A DNA stretch of 64,000 nucleotides from Gammaproteobacteria bacterium (GCA_965222615.1 CBDCUI010000009.1:608001-672000); one strand, 5' to 3'. Positions 8,717 to 19,584 are shown, counted from the first letter of the stretch. Numbers and translations: made by a program. Notes: generated by a model from the sequence alone, not told the origin.

Positions 8717-10795
8717 ATGAAATTTTTAAACACTTTCAATAAGTTACGAAATATTAGCTTGGGATTTTTGCTTTTGGTGTGTAGTTCTAATGCCTTTTCA
8801 GCAGGCCTAATGACCCCTGCTACGGGACAATTGCCGGAACTTAAAATCAAACAACACCACGTAAAGGTGGTGGTAGAAGACGGATATGCGATTACGCACA
8901 TCGACCAGACCTTTCACAATCCTCACGACAAAGATTTGGAAGCCATTTATTCCTTTCCCATTCCATCCAAAGCGGCTGTGGGTGAATTTACCTATTGGAT
9001 CGATGGCAACCCCGTGACGGGAGAGGTATTAGAAAAACAAACTGCCAGAGACCTGTACGAACAAGAGAAACAAGCGGGTCGTGAAACGGCTTTAACAGAG
9101 CAAGACAGCTATAAAACTTTTGACACCTCTGTTTACCCAGTGCGTGCTCAACAAGATGTGAAAATTCGCTTGGTATACATACAACCTGCTCACACTGACA
9201 CAGGCATTGGGCAATATACTTATCCGTTAGAAGAAGGTGGCGTAGACGAAGAAAAATTGGCTTTTTGGACATATAACGATGAGGTAACTGAATCGTTCAG
9301 TTTCGATATGCAAATACGCTCTTCTTATCCAATTGATAATGTTCGTTTGCCAAAACACCCGCAAGCCATTATTCAATCTACTTCGAATAAAGAATGGTCC
9401 GCATCTTTAACGAATCAAGCAACAGCTAACATTAATGTTGATGATGCTGAAATAAGTAACACCACAACAGCGCAAGCACAAAGTAGTAATCCTGTGGTTC
9501 ATCGCTTAGACCAGGATATTGTTGTGTATTGGCGCCATCAAGAAGGCTTGCTAGGAAGTGTTGATATGGTGACATACAAAGAAGATCCGAATAGTCGCGG
9601 TACTTTCATGATGACGATTACTCCTGGAGAAGATCTTCCACCCATCACACAAGGACGTGATTGGATATTTGTGCTTGATCTCTCGGGCTCCATGCAAGGT
9701 AAATTTCAAAGTCTAGTTGAAGGTGTAACGAAAGGATTAAATAAATTGAATACCAACGATCGCTTTCGAATCATTTTATTTAATAATTCTGCACGTGAAG
9801 TTACACAGGGCTTTGTTAATGTAACACCGGAAAACATTTCACATTATTCAAATGTGTTGACTAACACTGCGCCTAACGGAAGCACAAATTTATACGCAGG
9901 CTTAGAAATGGGTTTTAACCGCTTAGATAGTGATCGACCCAGTGCAGTAATATTAGTCACAGACGGTGTAGCGAACGTTGGTCTTACTCAAAAGAAAGAT
10001 TTCTTAAAACTGGTTGAAAAGCATGATGTTCGCTTATTTACGTTCGTGATGGGTAACAGTGCAAATCGCCCGTTGCTTGAAGGTATGACAAAGGTATCTA
10101 ATGGTTTTTCTGAAAATATCTCTAACAGCGGTGATATTGTTGGAATATTGCTACTCACTCAATCCAAGCTCAATTATGAGGCTTTACGAGATATCGACAT
10201 CAAAATAAGCGGGGTTAAAGTTAAAGATTTAACTCCTGAGCATGTCGGCAGCTTGTACCGCGGCCAACAACTTATCGTTTTTGGACATTATTGGGATGGT
10301 GGAACAGCAAATGTTGCTATAAATGGCAAAATTTCAGGTCAAGAAAAAACGTACTCTTCTCAGCTTGAGTTTCCTGATAAAGCCGTTTTGCACCCTGAGC
10401 TTGAACGCCTATGGGCTTACGCGACGATAGAAAATATACAAAAACAAATAGACTATCTTGGTGAAGATGCAGACAGTAAAAAGGCGATTATAGATGTAGC
10501 TTTAGAACACAGTTTAGTTACCGATTACACCTCTCTGGTAGTCGTTCGTGATGAAGTTTTTCAAAGCGAAAACATTGCACGCAACAATGCAGTGAGAGTA
10601 GCTAAGGAAGAGCAAGCGCGTGCACAACGTACAACAGGTTCAGTGCGAAATAATCGTCAAGACACCTCACAACCAATGTATAACAACTCTCGTCCTAGCT
10701 TAGGAGGCAGTGGAGGTGGAGCTACTGGCCCATGGATGTTGCTCATTTTATTGTTACCGTTATTAACCAAGAGATTTAAAAAGATTTTGCATTGA
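8717..10795 (+). CDS. Secreted VIT + vWA domain protein with GlyGly-CTERM anchor
   Basis: Signal peptide; VIT domain; DLSGSM MIDAS and TDG; C-terminal GGSGGGATG-TM-basic tail (rhombosortase target). Confidence 0.88.
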   Translation: MKFLNTFNKLRNISLGFLLLVCSSNAFSAGLMTPATGQLPELKIKQHHVKVVVEDGYAITHIDQTFHNPHDKDLEAIYSFPIPSKAAVGEFTYWIDGNPVTGEVLEKQTARDLYEQEKQAGRETALTEQDSYKTFDTSVYPVRAQQDVKIRLVYIQPAHTDTGIGQYTYPLEEGGVDEEKLAFWTYNDEVTESFSFDMQIRSSYPIDNVRLPKHPQAIIQSTSNKEWSASLTNQATANINVDDAEISNTTTAQAQSSNPVVHRLDQDIVVYWRHQEGLLGSVDMVTYKEDPNSRGTFMMTITPGEDLPPITQGRDWIFVLDLSGSMQGKFQSLVEGVTKGLNKLNTNDRFRIILFNNSAREVTQGFVNVTPENISHYSNVLTNTAPNGSTNLYAGLEMGFNRLDSDRPSAVILVTDGVANVGLTQKKDFLKLVEKHDVRLFTFVMGNSANRPLLEGMTKVSNGFSENISNSGDIVGILLLTQSKLNYEALRDIDIKISGVKVKDLTPEHVGSLYRGQQLIVFGHYWDGGTANVAINGKISGQEKTYSSQLEFPDKAVLHPELERLWAYATIENIQKQIDYLGEDADSKKAIIDVALEHSLVTDYTSLVVVRDEVFQSENIARNNAVRVAKEEQARAQRTTGSVRNNRQDTSQPMYNNSRPSLGGSGGGATGPWMLLILLLPLLTKRFKKILH

Positions 10796-10813
10796 TCGCT
10801 AATAGTAACAAAT

Positions 10814-10853
10814 AAGCGAGCTGTAACGTTTCATTCTTGCAGCTCGCTTTTTT
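10814..10853 (+). terminator. Rho-independent terminator
   Basis: aagcgagctgtaa...ttgcagctcgctt stem followed by a T tract. Confidence 0.75.
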
Positions 10854-10867
10854 ATTATAAGAGAATA

Positions 10868-11713
10868 TTAGCTAAGCAGTCGTTCGATATCTCTTGCCAA
10901 AGGGTTTAATACATCATTATCGGACCAATAGGTAGTATGACTTAGTGGATTCCAGCTCTTAATGAAGTTACCTGTATTAATGGCATTGTCTTCGTTTACC
11001 TCAAATTTATAGCTTTGCTTTTCGTTTTTCACGCTCAAATTTTTCAGTGGCCAGCCTAATGGATCATCGGGATCGTAAAAGTTCTTCCATTTAAACGAAT
11101 ATCCTTTGCTGGTAGAGGCAATTGCCTTGATTTTATTTTGTGGAATACCGGCTACAAAAACCGGAATACTGCAACCAGTAAAATATAAATACTTTAGTGT
11201 CTTTAACCGACGGAATTTATCCAAAACTGAACCGGGTAGTGAATCATCAAAGCCACCATATCGCCAAGCACCTTGTTGTGGCTCTTTCGCTTGGGCATCC
11301 CAAATAAAATTTGAGATTACATCGCAACCTAAAGATTGGGTAATTAGCACAATATTTGCTTCACCGCCTACCGCGTCATAAGCACGATCGAGTGTATTGA
11401 GAACAATTTCTTGAACCTCTTCGTAAGGACTGCCTGGCTCATTTGCTTTGCGCAAAAATCCTGCGGCATCAGAGAACCCAAATAATAAAAATCTCCTAAG
11501 CGCTATCCAATCAATATCATCCTTGGCTTTAATACGATCAAAAATTCTAGTTTGATTATTTTGGAAAACGTTTGCATAGTAGATTGTGTCAAAATACACA
11601 TTTGACCACGCGCTACCGAGTTTTTTTGCTAGTTTGCCTTGTAATTTTTCAGCAAAATTCGGTGGAGTGTTCCCCATCCCATGAACCGCTAACACGACAA
11701 CTTCTTCTGACAC
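10868..11713 (-). CDS. Alpha/beta-hydrolase-like protein
   Basis: VHGMG, TQSLG nucleophile-elbow-like, NFYDPDDPLGWPL, SHTTYW. Confidence 0.75.
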   Translation of the reverse strand: MSEEVVVLAVHGMGNTPPNFAEKLQGKLAKKLGSAWSNVYFDTIYYANVFQNNQTRIFDRIKAKDDIDWIALRRFLLFGFSDAAGFLRKANEPGSPYEEVQEIVLNTLDRAYDAVGGEANIVLITQSLGCDVISNFIWDAQAKEPQQGAWRYGGFDDSLPGSVLDKFRRLKTLKYLYFTGCSIPVFVAGIPQNKIKAIASTSKGYSFKWKNFYDPDDPLGWPLKNLSVKNEKQSYKFEVNEDNAINTGNFIKSWNPLSHTTYWSDNDVLNPLARDIERLLS

Positions 11714-11997
11714 TACAACACCCCCTTAGTATTTAAAAAATTGTTTTCTATTATAGTAGGTAAAATAAAATGCCCCAATATTGTGGAATGTTTTTTACCT
11801 ACGCACTTCATCAAAATCGATATTGACTACATGCTATTTAATTATCAATATCTTTATACATTGCTTTAACTCTATCATCTAAGCTATTAAATGAACTTCA
11901 TGATTGATACAGAAAATATAATGACTAAGGGTGCTCGATATTTAATTAATTAAAGAATAATTTTTTGGATATGCAGGAAAATCTCAAAAGTTTAAAT

Positions 11998-12023
11998 AAA
12001 AAAGCCCGGCTTTAACCGGGCTT
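11998..12023 (-). terminator. Rho-independent terminator of small ORF
   Basis: Minus strand aagcccgg-ttaaag-ccgggctt then T tract. Confidence 0.75.
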
Positions 12024-12050
12024 GCCTTGCATCAGGATCACTACTATGTC

Positions 12051-12173
12051 TTAGTGATGGCGTCTAATTTCAGTATCGTGGAAGTAATCTCGATCTTTTA
12101 ATAATCGCCACATCCCTAAAAGGGTGACACCAACTACTGCTAATTGCAGTCCTATGATAAATAATGTTTCCAT
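12051..12173 (-). CDS. Unannotated 40-aa single-TM protein
   Basis: METLFIIGLQLAVVGVTLLGMWRLLKDRDYFHDTEIRRHH; AGGGAG SD; own terminator. Confidence 0.65.
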   Translation of the reverse strand: METLFIIGLQLAVVGVTLLGMWRLLKDRDYFHDTEIRRHH

Positions 12174-12228
12174 GTCCAACTCCCTATATATAAGTTATCA
12201 GATCTTCTCTAAGAGAAAACGCATTGTC

Positions 12229-12250
12229 TAATGTGAACTGGTTCACATTT
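12229..12250. promoter_or_regulatory. CRP-type binding site
   Basis: taaTGTGAactggtTCACAttt, exact TGTGA-N6-TCACA. Confidence 0.7.
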
Positions 12251-12305
12251 TCGTATAAATGATCACTGGTAGATATCTAAGGACGAATGGTAATTTTTTA
12301 CATTG

Positions 12306-12896
12306 CTAACGTTTATACCAAACCAAGCTTCTGTTATTAATTGGCATGGCATAATCTTGGGCCAGCTCAAGACCCTGCTGCTGTGCTAAATGATTTACAT
12401 CGACAAAATCTCTAACACCACTTTGTGGATCGCGTTGTTTGAGGTATTGGTCAAATCTCGCATTGCTTAGACTAGTGTGTGCACCGTTATAAGAAAATGG
12501 TCCATAAATAAATAAAACTCCGTGCTCATCTAGAACGTTACCTATACCTAAAAAAAATTGTTCGATCATTTCCCAAGACATAATGTGCAAAGTGTTTGCT
12601 GTAAAAATTGCATCTGTTTTGACAATATTCCAAGGATGATCACACACATCTAGTTCGATTGGCGGATCAACATTTAGCAATCGTGCTTCATTCACCCAAG
12701 CCTGAATACCAGAAAGATTCTCATGTAAATCGCTTGGCTGCCATATTAGATGCGGAAGATGTTCTGCAAAATACACTGCGTGTTGGCCTGTACCACTACC
12801 AATCTCAAGCACATGGTGACAATCCTGAAATACCTCTATTAAAACCTTAAGAATTGGGTCTTTGTTTTGTTCACATGCTTCAGAATATCTTTGCAT
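12306..12896 (-). CDS. DUF938 SAM-dependent methyltransferase
   Basis: SEACEQNKDPIL, LEIGSGTGQHA, YGPF, MPINN. Confidence 0.9.
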   Translation of the reverse strand: MQRYSEACEQNKDPILKVLIEVFQDCHHVLEIGSGTGQHAVYFAEHLPHLIWQPSDLHENLSGIQAWVNEARLLNVDPPIELDVCDHPWNIVKTDAIFTANTLHIMSWEMIEQFFLGIGNVLDEHGVLFIYGPFSYNGAHTSLSNARFDQYLKQRDPQSGVRDFVDVNHLAQQQGLELAQDYAMPINNRSLVWYKR

Positions 12897-12906
12897 GATT
12901 AAAAAT

Positions 12907-13257
12907 TTAATTAGATCGGTTTTTTAGTGCAGTATGTTCGTATTTTATTCCACCCCACCCTGTTTTCATAAAACTACGTATATTCTGATGACCTGTGCCA
13001 TTTGGATTATCTAGGACATCTTTTCGATAGAACTCGCCAAAACAAGCCAGTGTTTCTGCCTTACTTAAATTATGTAATTTTGCAAATGCAAATATCTTAC
13101 AGGACCCTTCATTTTCACCTGCATTATTGTATAAGTCGCCATTTCTAAACGAAGTTGGGAAATATGTATAATTTGCATCAATTAATGCAATGGTTTGTTT
13201 GAAATTAATCTTTTCAGGATCTTGAATGAGTAGATGCAAAAACTCTGAAAGCTGCAT
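12907..13257 (-). CDS. HopJ-family protein
   Basis: NNAGENEGSCKIFAFA, CFGEFYR, HQNIRSFMKTGW. Confidence 0.88.
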   Translation of the reverse strand: MQLSEFLHLLIQDPEKINFKQTIALIDANYTYFPTSFRNGDLYNNAGENEGSCKIFAFAKLHNLSKAETLACFGEFYRKDVLDNPNGTGHQNIRSFMKTGWGGIKYEHTALKNRSN

Positions 13258-13275
13258 GAAGGACTAAAGGTGTTA

Positions 13276-13404
13276 TCACCTACCAATTACACCTTGTGGT
13301 GGTTCGTTCGAAGTAACATTTGGATCAATTTCGCCTGTCTCAAACAGGTATATAGCAATCGCAAAGATAGCGATCATGGTACCGATGGTTACTATTTTCT
13401 TCAT
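13276..13404 (-). CDS. Unannotated 42-aa protein with N-terminal TM/signal
   Basis: MKKIVTIGTMIAIFAIAIYLFETGEIDPNVTSNEPPQGVIGR; packed between neighbouring ORFs. Confidence 0.5.
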   Translation of the reverse strand: MKKIVTIGTMIAIFAIAIYLFETGEIDPNVTSNEPPQGVIGR

Positions 13405-13407
13405 AGA

Positions 13408-13581
13408 TTAATGCAATACACTCATTGCCTGCATGTCGAGGTTTACTAGTTTCCATTTGCCATCAGGCTGTTTTTGTTCATCTGCCTCACAATAAAACAC
13501 CTGGCCAAATTCATTGATTACCGTACAGTATAAATTCGTAGCCTCATGCTTTTCAAAATATAATAGCTGATTAATATCCAT
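13408..13581 (-). CDS. Unannotated 57-aa protein
   Basis: MDINQLLYFEKHEATNLYCTVINEFGQVFYCEADEQKQPDGKWKLVNLDMQAMSVLH; AAGGA SD; 3-nt gap to next ORF. Confidence 0.55.
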   Translation of the reverse strand: MDINQLLYFEKHEATNLYCTVINEFGQVFYCEADEQKQPDGKWKLVNLDMQAMSVLH

Positions 13582-13969
13582 ATATATATCCTTTGACCGT
13601 TGGTTATTAGCTATATGGGGCCATTTGGCTAAATTTCAAGTATAAAACCAGTAATTTACCTACTTTAACCAGCATATAGATTGCTCTTAATTTAATTAAA
13701 AATAGATTCATTTGAGAACAGTTTCAAAATTAACCAAAGCCTTTGTTCTTAATCTGCATTATTATTAGTTTGATCTATTAATTAGTAAGAGAAAAACTAT
13801 ACATAGCGCTATGGATCCACAATAACCCAAATATTTACATAATGATAAAGAATTGAATTTCTGTAATTTTTTAATTTTCCTTCTGCATGACTATATTTAA
13901 TAGTTTAGATCTGTGTGGAAATTGCTATGCTATACAGGTCGTAACACTCATAGAGCTGTCGAGAAAATA

Positions 13970-14308
13970 ATGGAAGAAGAAAAAGGCTACAGCGTAAATG
14001 TCAAAGTTAATGACAAATACTTAGAAAATGTAGATGATAATGTTTTCATCTCTATGAAGCTTCTATACAAAGAAGGAAAAGTAGATGGACTAAGCTTCGG
14101 ATCCAATCATGATTTCGTCAATCAGGAACTTTTTACTGCACTTGATCAATTCCAAACTTGGCTTAAATTAAAATTACCCCCTACCGAAATCATCTCAAAA
14201 CTGCAAGAGCTTGACAGTTTACAGTATGGACACGAACTCGCGTGTGATCGAATTGGACAAGCTATTGCGGAACTTTATTACACATTCTTAATGGATAAGA
14301 ACAAGTAA
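13970..14308 (+). CDS. Hypothetical protein
   Basis: ORF from ATG 13970 (MEEEKGY), no motif recognised. Confidence 0.65.
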   Translation: MEEEKGYSVNVKVNDKYLENVDDNVFISMKLLYKEGKVDGLSFGSNHDFVNQELFTALDQFQTWLKLKLPPTEIISKLQELDSLQYGHELACDRIGQAIAELYYTFLMDKNK

Positions 14309-14333
14309 TAAAGAATCATTTAACTTCTACACA

Positions 14334-15152
14334 TCAACAACGATGAATCGCCCATGCAACATCTAAGGCTTGGCGATTTTGCCAAATATCATGGACACGA
14401 AAAATTTTTACCCCAGCTAACACACCGAGTGCTGAAGTTGCACAGGTTGCTGGCATTCTCTCACGTGGGTCTTGTTGGTTTGCTATTTCTCCCATAAAAC
14501 GCTTACGACTGGTCCCAATTAAAACTGGGTAACCTAAAGATGTTATATCAGTGAGATCCCGTAATAATTCTAAATTATGTTGAGTACGCTTTCCGAAGCC
14601 AATACCAGGATCAAGAATAATATTTTCTTTTTTAATACCTAGGTCTTGAGCATTTGTCGCTTGGTTAATCAGAAACTCTGATACCTCTTTAGTAACATTC
14701 TCATAATTAGGACTATCTTGCATGTTTCCAGGATCTCCCTGCATATGCATGAGGCAAATTGGCACATCATTATCTGCTGCAAGTTTTAAAACAGACTTAT
14801 CTTCACGTCCTGCACTAATGTCGTTAAGCATCGTCGCCCCAGCATCTAATGAAGCTTCAGCGACCTCAGACAAAGTCGTATCAATACTTATATGTGTTTG
14901 TGCTGGTAATTCTTTGCGTAAACCTGCGATAACATCAAGTACTCTTCTCTTTTGCTCTTTTGCATCTATACGTTGTGCTCCTGGGCGTGTAGATTCTCCG
15001 CCAACATCAATGATGTCAGCACCCTGCTCTACCATTTCAATACCACGTGTTATTGCATCCTTAGAAGATGGATACATCCCACCATCAGAAAAGCTATCTG
15101 GCGTTACGTTTAATACTCCCATCAGGAGTGGCTTAGAATAATCAAGCTGCAT
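14334..15152 (-). CDS. folP: Dihydropteroate synthase
   Basis: MGVLNVTPDSFSDGG, DVGGESTRPG, DPGIGFGK, SRKRF, RVHD. Confidence 0.96.
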   Translation of the reverse strand: MQLDYSKPLLMGVLNVTPDSFSDGGMYPSSKDAITRGIEMVEQGADIIDVGGESTRPGAQRIDAKEQKRRVLDVIAGLRKELPAQTHISIDTTLSEVAEASLDAGATMLNDISAGREDKSVLKLAADNDVPICLMHMQGDPGNMQDSPNYENVTKEVSEFLINQATNAQDLGIKKENIILDPGIGFGKRTQHNLELLRDLTDITSLGYPVLIGTSRKRFMGEIANQQDPRERMPATCATSALGVLAGVKIFRVHDIWQNRQALDVAWAIHRC

Positions 15153-15178
15153 ATATGTATAAGTTTACAATGTATTTA

Positions 15179-16111
15179 TCAATGTGTTATCACTTGTTTA
15201 AATGGTTCTACTTTTATCTTGCTTCCAACTCTTACCACCATTAAATCTTCACCTAGATGAATTTCACCAGAATAGTTATCTTCAATATCTTTCATGAGCG
15301 AGTCCTCATCAATCCCTAAAATAATGGCATGAGTCAGAACTGCTACACGTGGTTTCACTTCATTTAATATTTGTGTTAACTGACCAGGGTTAGTGTGATA
15401 TTGCTCTATCTTTTGTAAACGTGGATTTTTTTCAAGCAAGCTCTCTTTAGCAGCAAAAATTTCATGAATCAACACATCTATGTCTTTTGAGTGATCAATT
15501 AAATTTTTTGAATATGTTGTATCACCTGATACAACAATAGATCGCTCACCAAAATCAATTCTATATCCATAAGCAGGATCCACTGGTTTGTGATTTACTA
15601 AAAATGCGGTTACCTTAACATTGCTATCTGTATAAATCACACCAGGTTTAATCTCAACTGCCATCAGCTTTGCTGCATTGGGATCTAGTCCAGCATGTTG
15701 GTGCCGTAATGAAGCATCGTAGGCATATGCTTGCTGCAAATGTTGCACAAAGGATGCTGTTCCACTGGGACCAAAAACCGTAAGAGCTTGAGGCCGTTGA
15801 TAAATCCACCCCGTTAACCATAAGTCATCAAGCGCAGAAATATGATCCGAGTGCAAATGTGTAAGAAAGACCTGGTGAATCTTAGTTATTGGAATGTCTA
15901 ACTGCTCTAATCTCTGTACCACGGTACGCCCTGCATCAAATAATAGATGCTTACCACCTGCTTCAATTAATACGGCAGGACCTGCTCGCCGAACATCAGG
16001 TCTAGGACTGCCAGTACCCAATAATGTTACTTGCACGAAATCAGCAAAAAGTAAGGAGGGGACCAATAATAATATAGCCAATATAAAAAACTTATTAAAT
16101 AACTTCTGCAT
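15179..16111 (-). CDS. Exported MBL-fold hydrolase (RNase Z/arylsulfatase-like)
   Basis: Signal peptide; LLGTGSP, THLHSDH, SGDT, YHT. Confidence 0.85.
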   Translation of the reverse strand: MQKLFNKFFILAILLLVPSLLFADFVQVTLLGTGSPRPDVRRAGPAVLIEAGGKHLLFDAGRTVVQRLEQLDIPITKIHQVFLTHLHSDHISALDDLWLTGWIYQRPQALTVFGPSGTASFVQHLQQAYAYDASLRHQHAGLDPNAAKLMAVEIKPGVIYTDSNVKVTAFLVNHKPVDPAYGYRIDFGERSIVVSGDTTYSKNLIDHSKDIDVLIHEIFAAKESLLEKNPRLQKIEQYHTNPGQLTQILNEVKPRVAVLTHAIILGIDEDSLMKDIEDNYSGEIHLGEDLMVVRVGSKIKVEPFKQVITH

Positions 16112-16126
16112 ATATCTTAAATATAG

Positions 16127-17923
16127 CTAATTACCTTTATCTACTCGCAATACGGCTAAAAACGCTTCTTGAGGGATTTCCACTTTACCAATTTGCTTCA
16201 TTCGTTTTTTACCTGCTTTTTGCTTTTCAAGCAGTTTCTTCTTTCGGGTTACATCACCACCATAACATTTTGCAGTAACATTCTTCCGCAATGCCTTAGT
16301 AGTGGTGCGCGCAATTATTTTTGAACCAATAGCTGCTTGAATCGCTACATCGTACATTTGCCTTGGTATTATCTCTTTCATCTTCACCGCCAGATCTCTC
16401 CCATACGATTGTGCTTGATCCCTATGTACGATTACGGATAGTGCATCGACGCGCTCAGAATTGATTAATATATCTAGCTTTACTAACGGCGCTTCTGAAA
16501 AATGAGATTGATAGTAATCAAATGATGCATAACCGCGACTTACTGATTTCAATTTATCAAAAAAGTCCAATACTACTTCACTTAGTGGTAACTCGAATAC
16601 AACAGAAACTTGCTTGCCGTGATAATGTAAACTTTTTTGAATTCCACGTTTTTCAATACATAACGTGATTACATTTCCAACATAATCATGCGGAACTAAA
16701 ATCGTAGCACGAATGATTGGTTCACGTATCTCCTTAACTTTATTCGTTGGAGGTAAATTAGAAGGATTGTGAATATAAGTTATTTCGCCATCTGTTGTAT
16801 GTACTTCGTGTACTACGGTAGGCGCAGTTGTAATTAAATCTAATGCGTACTCACGTTCCAATCTTTCTTGTACAATTTCCATATGTAGCATGCCCAAAAA
16901 TCCGCAGCGAAACCCAAACCCCAATGCATCGGAGGTTTCAGGTTCATATGTAAATGCAGAATCATTTAAACTAAGCTTTTCCAGAGCATCGCGAAATGAC
17001 TCATAGTCATCTGAGCTAACAGGAAAAACTCCTGCAAAAACGTTTGGCTGAACCTCTTTAAATCCTTCCAGTGGTTGTTCAGCGGGATGTGAAGTTAATG
17101 TATAAGTGTCACCTACTTTTGCGGCAGAAATATCTTTTATTCCACAAATGACGTAGCCAACTTGTCCCGTTTGTAGTGCTTCTTTTTCTGTACGCTTTGG
17201 TGTGAACACTCCTAACTTTTCAACTTGGTAATTGCGACCCGATGACATCGCAGTAATCTTTTGCTTCGGCTTAATGGTTCCATCGATGACTCGTACTAAC
17301 GATATCACGCCTACATAATTATCAAACCAAGAATCTACGATAAGTGCCTTGAGGGTTCCCGCACTATTGCCAGTAGGCGCTGGAAATCGATTCACAATCG
17401 CTTCGAGAACATCTTCTACCCCTTCTCCGGTTTTAGCGCTTGCCAATAAAGGTTCAGATGCATCAATACCAATAACTTCTTCAATCTCCGTGATGACTCT
17501 ATCTGGATCTGCTGAGGGGAGATCTATTTTATTTAATACTGGAATAATTTCTAAACCAAGATCAATAGCGGTATAGCAGTTTGCAACACTTTGTGCCTCA
17601 ACACCTTGAGATGCATCCACAATCAACAAAGCCCCTTCACAGGCCGCTAAAGATCGTGATACTTCATAGGAAAAATCAACATGGCCGGGGGTATCGATGA
17701 GGTTTAACTGGTAGGTTTCCCCATCTTCAGCCTTATACTCTAGTGAAACACTTTGCGCCTTAATCGTGATTCCACGCTCTTTTTCAAGATCCATAGAATC
17801 TAACACCTGAGCACTCATCTCACGCTCAGATAAGCCACCACAGTATTGAATAAAGCGATCCGCTAAAGTGGATTTCCCATGATCAATATGCGCAATAATA
17901 GAGAAGTTGCGAATGCGCTCCAT
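16127..17923 (-). CDS. lepA: Elongation factor 4
   Basis: [45 protein letters not shown]. Confidence 0.98.
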   Translation of the reverse strand: MERIRNFSIIAHIDHGKSTLADRFIQYCGGLSEREMSAQVLDSMDLEKERGITIKAQSVSLEYKAEDGETYQLNLIDTPGHVDFSYEVSRSLAACEGALLIVDASQGVEAQSVANCYTAIDLGLEIIPVLNKIDLPSADPDRVITEIEEVIGIDASEPLLASAKTGEGVEDVLEAIVNRFPAPTGNSAGTLKALIVDSWFDNYVGVISLVRVIDGTIKPKQKITAMSSGRNYQVEKLGVFTPKRTEKEALQTGQVGYVICGIKDISAAKVGDTYTLTSHPAEQPLEGFKEVQPNVFAGVFPVSSDDYESFRDALEKLSLNDSAFTYEPETSDALGFGFRCGFLGMLHMEIVQERLEREYALDLITTAPTVVHEVHTTDGEITYIHNPSNLPPTNKVKEIREPIIRATILVPHDYVGNVITLCIEKRGIQKSLHYHGKQVSVVFELPLSEVVLDFFDKLKSVSRGYASFDYYQSHFSEAPLVKLDILINSERVDALSVIVHRDQAQSYGRDLAVKMKEIIPRQMYDVAIQAAIGSKIIARTTTKALRKNVTAKCYGGDVTRKKKLLEKQKAGKKRMKQIGKVEIPQEAFLAVLRVDKGN

Positions 17924-18008
17924 AATAGGTATTTAGGAGTTAACTCTAAAGCCAATTTGTAACAGCCCTGATTATGGCCTAGTTTGACTTACTTTTGCTA
18001 ACTTTCCG

Positions 18009-19454
18009 TTATTCTTCTTCAGGTATGCGCATCGCTATAAATTCTGGACCATGAGGGCGCTGCACCAATAACGAGACAAATTTTCCTGCAGGCAAACTTT
18101 CGACTTGGTCTTTAAAGTCATTCACTTCATCAACAGGTTCACCATTGATCATCTGAATCACATCCCCCTTTCGAACACCTGCTGATTTTGCCGAACCTGT
18201 ACCTACATCTAATACTAAAAGTCCGCCATTATCTAATTCCATTGTTTTCATTTCATCTTCTGTCAGCGCGCGCAAGGCGAGTCCTAATACTGTATCTTTT
18301 GGTTGCTCTTCTGGAGCTTTAATATTACCTGCAATAACCTGATCTTTATCTGGTAGTTGACCAATTTTTAACTTAACAGTTTTGGTTGCACCATCCCGCA
18401 TGACTTTCAACTTAACAACCTCACCTACTCTTGTTCTTCCTACCATGGGCGGCAAAGCTGCTGAGTTTTTAATTTCCTTTCCATCATAAGTAAGTATGAC
18501 GTCACCGACTTCTATATCAGATCCCTCAGCAGGACTATTTGGTAAAATTTTTGCCACTAAAGCACCCACCGGCTTGTTCATCCCAAATGACTCCGCCAGC
18601 TCACGAGTGACTTCTTGTATATACACACCCAACCATCCTCTAGATACATAACCATGCTTTTTAAGCTGCTCTACTACATCCATAGCATCTTCCATTGGTA
18701 TCGCAAAGGATAAGCCCATAAAGCCGCCCGAACGCGTATAGATTTGTGAATTGATTCCTACAACATTGCCATCCAAATCAAACAATGGACCACCAGAGTT
18801 ACCCGGATTGATAGCAACATCAGTTTGAATAAAGGGCACATAGTTTTCACTTGGTAAGCTACGGCCCTTGGCACTAACTATTCCTGCTGTAACTGAGGCG
18901 TCAAATCCAAATGGCGAACCTATAGCTAACACCCATTGGCCGACTTTTACATCATTTGATGACCCTATTCTTACGGTAGGTAAGTTAGTAGCATCTAGTT
19001 TTAAAAGCGCAATATCACTACGTGGATCACTACCTACAATTTCTGCAACAAGTTCTCTACGATCATTTAGTTTGACGATAATTTCATCCGCGCCTTTTAC
19101 AACATGATGATTAGTAATTACGTAACCGTCCTTAGAAATGATAAAACCGGAGCCAAGTGAACGTGAATTAAAAAATTCTTCCCCGTCTCCGCCATGTTCA
19201 CCAAAGAATCTTCGTAGTAAATCACCAAATGGGTTGTCTTCCGGGATATCGGGCATCTCCATACCCGGTGGTAGCCCTCTTTTGATCTCGGTTTGTTTGC
19301 TTGTGCTGATATTTACAACGGCGGGGGCGTTTTCTTCAACTAATTCAGTAAAATTAGGAAGATTATAACGAGCATATGATTGTGAAACTGTTAAAAATAA
19401 TAGCGACATTAACGCTAAAATTTTAATAGGGAAAACACTCCTGCTTTTCATCAT
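18009..19454 (-). CDS. mucD: HtrA/DegQ (MucD-like) serine protease with two PDZ domains
   Basis: TNHHV, DIAL, QTDVAINPGNSGGPL; position after rseB. Confidence 0.9.
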   Translation of the reverse strand: MMKSRSVFPIKILALMSLLFLTVSQSYARYNLPNFTELVEENAPAVVNISTSKQTEIKRGLPPGMEMPDIPEDNPFGDLLRRFFGEHGGDGEEFFNSRSLGSGFIISKDGYVITNHHVVKGADEIIVKLNDRRELVAEIVGSDPRSDIALLKLDATNLPTVRIGSSNDVKVGQWVLAIGSPFGFDASVTAGIVSAKGRSLPSENYVPFIQTDVAINPGNSGGPLFDLDGNVVGINSQIYTRSGGFMGLSFAIPMEDAMDVVEQLKKHGYVSRGWLGVYIQEVTRELAESFGMNKPVGALVAKILPNSPAEGSDIEVGDVILTYDGKEIKNSAALPPMVGRTRVGEVVKLKVMRDGATKTVKLKIGQLPDKDQVIAGNIKAPEEQPKDTVLGLALRALTEDEMKTMELDNGGLLVLDVGTGSAKSAGVRKGDVIQMINGEPVDEVNDFKDQVESLPAGKFVSLLVQRPHGPEFIAMRIPEEE

Positions 19455-19542
19455 CTCTAAATTCTCCTCTTCAGCACAAACAATTCTAGTAAATCATACA
19501 GTCTATTTTTAGATGTCCACTGTACATGGACTTATAACTTTC

Positions 19543-19570
19543 TATGACCCACATAGAAAACAAAAAGTTC
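19543..19570 (-). promoter_or_regulatory. Putative sigmaE-dependent promoter of mucD/degQ
   Basis: Minus strand GAACTT-N16-GTCATA. Confidence 0.6.
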
Positions 19571-19584
19571 TACATATATAGTTA

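Noticed and set aside
11756-11802. Inverted repeat gtaggtaaaa...ttttacctac
   Set aside because: 10-bp AT-rich arms with a long loop and a single occurrence; function cannot be supported.
12907-13257. HopJ as evidence for type III secretion or pathogenicity
   Set aside because: The family occurs in non-pathogens and no T3SS genes are in the window.
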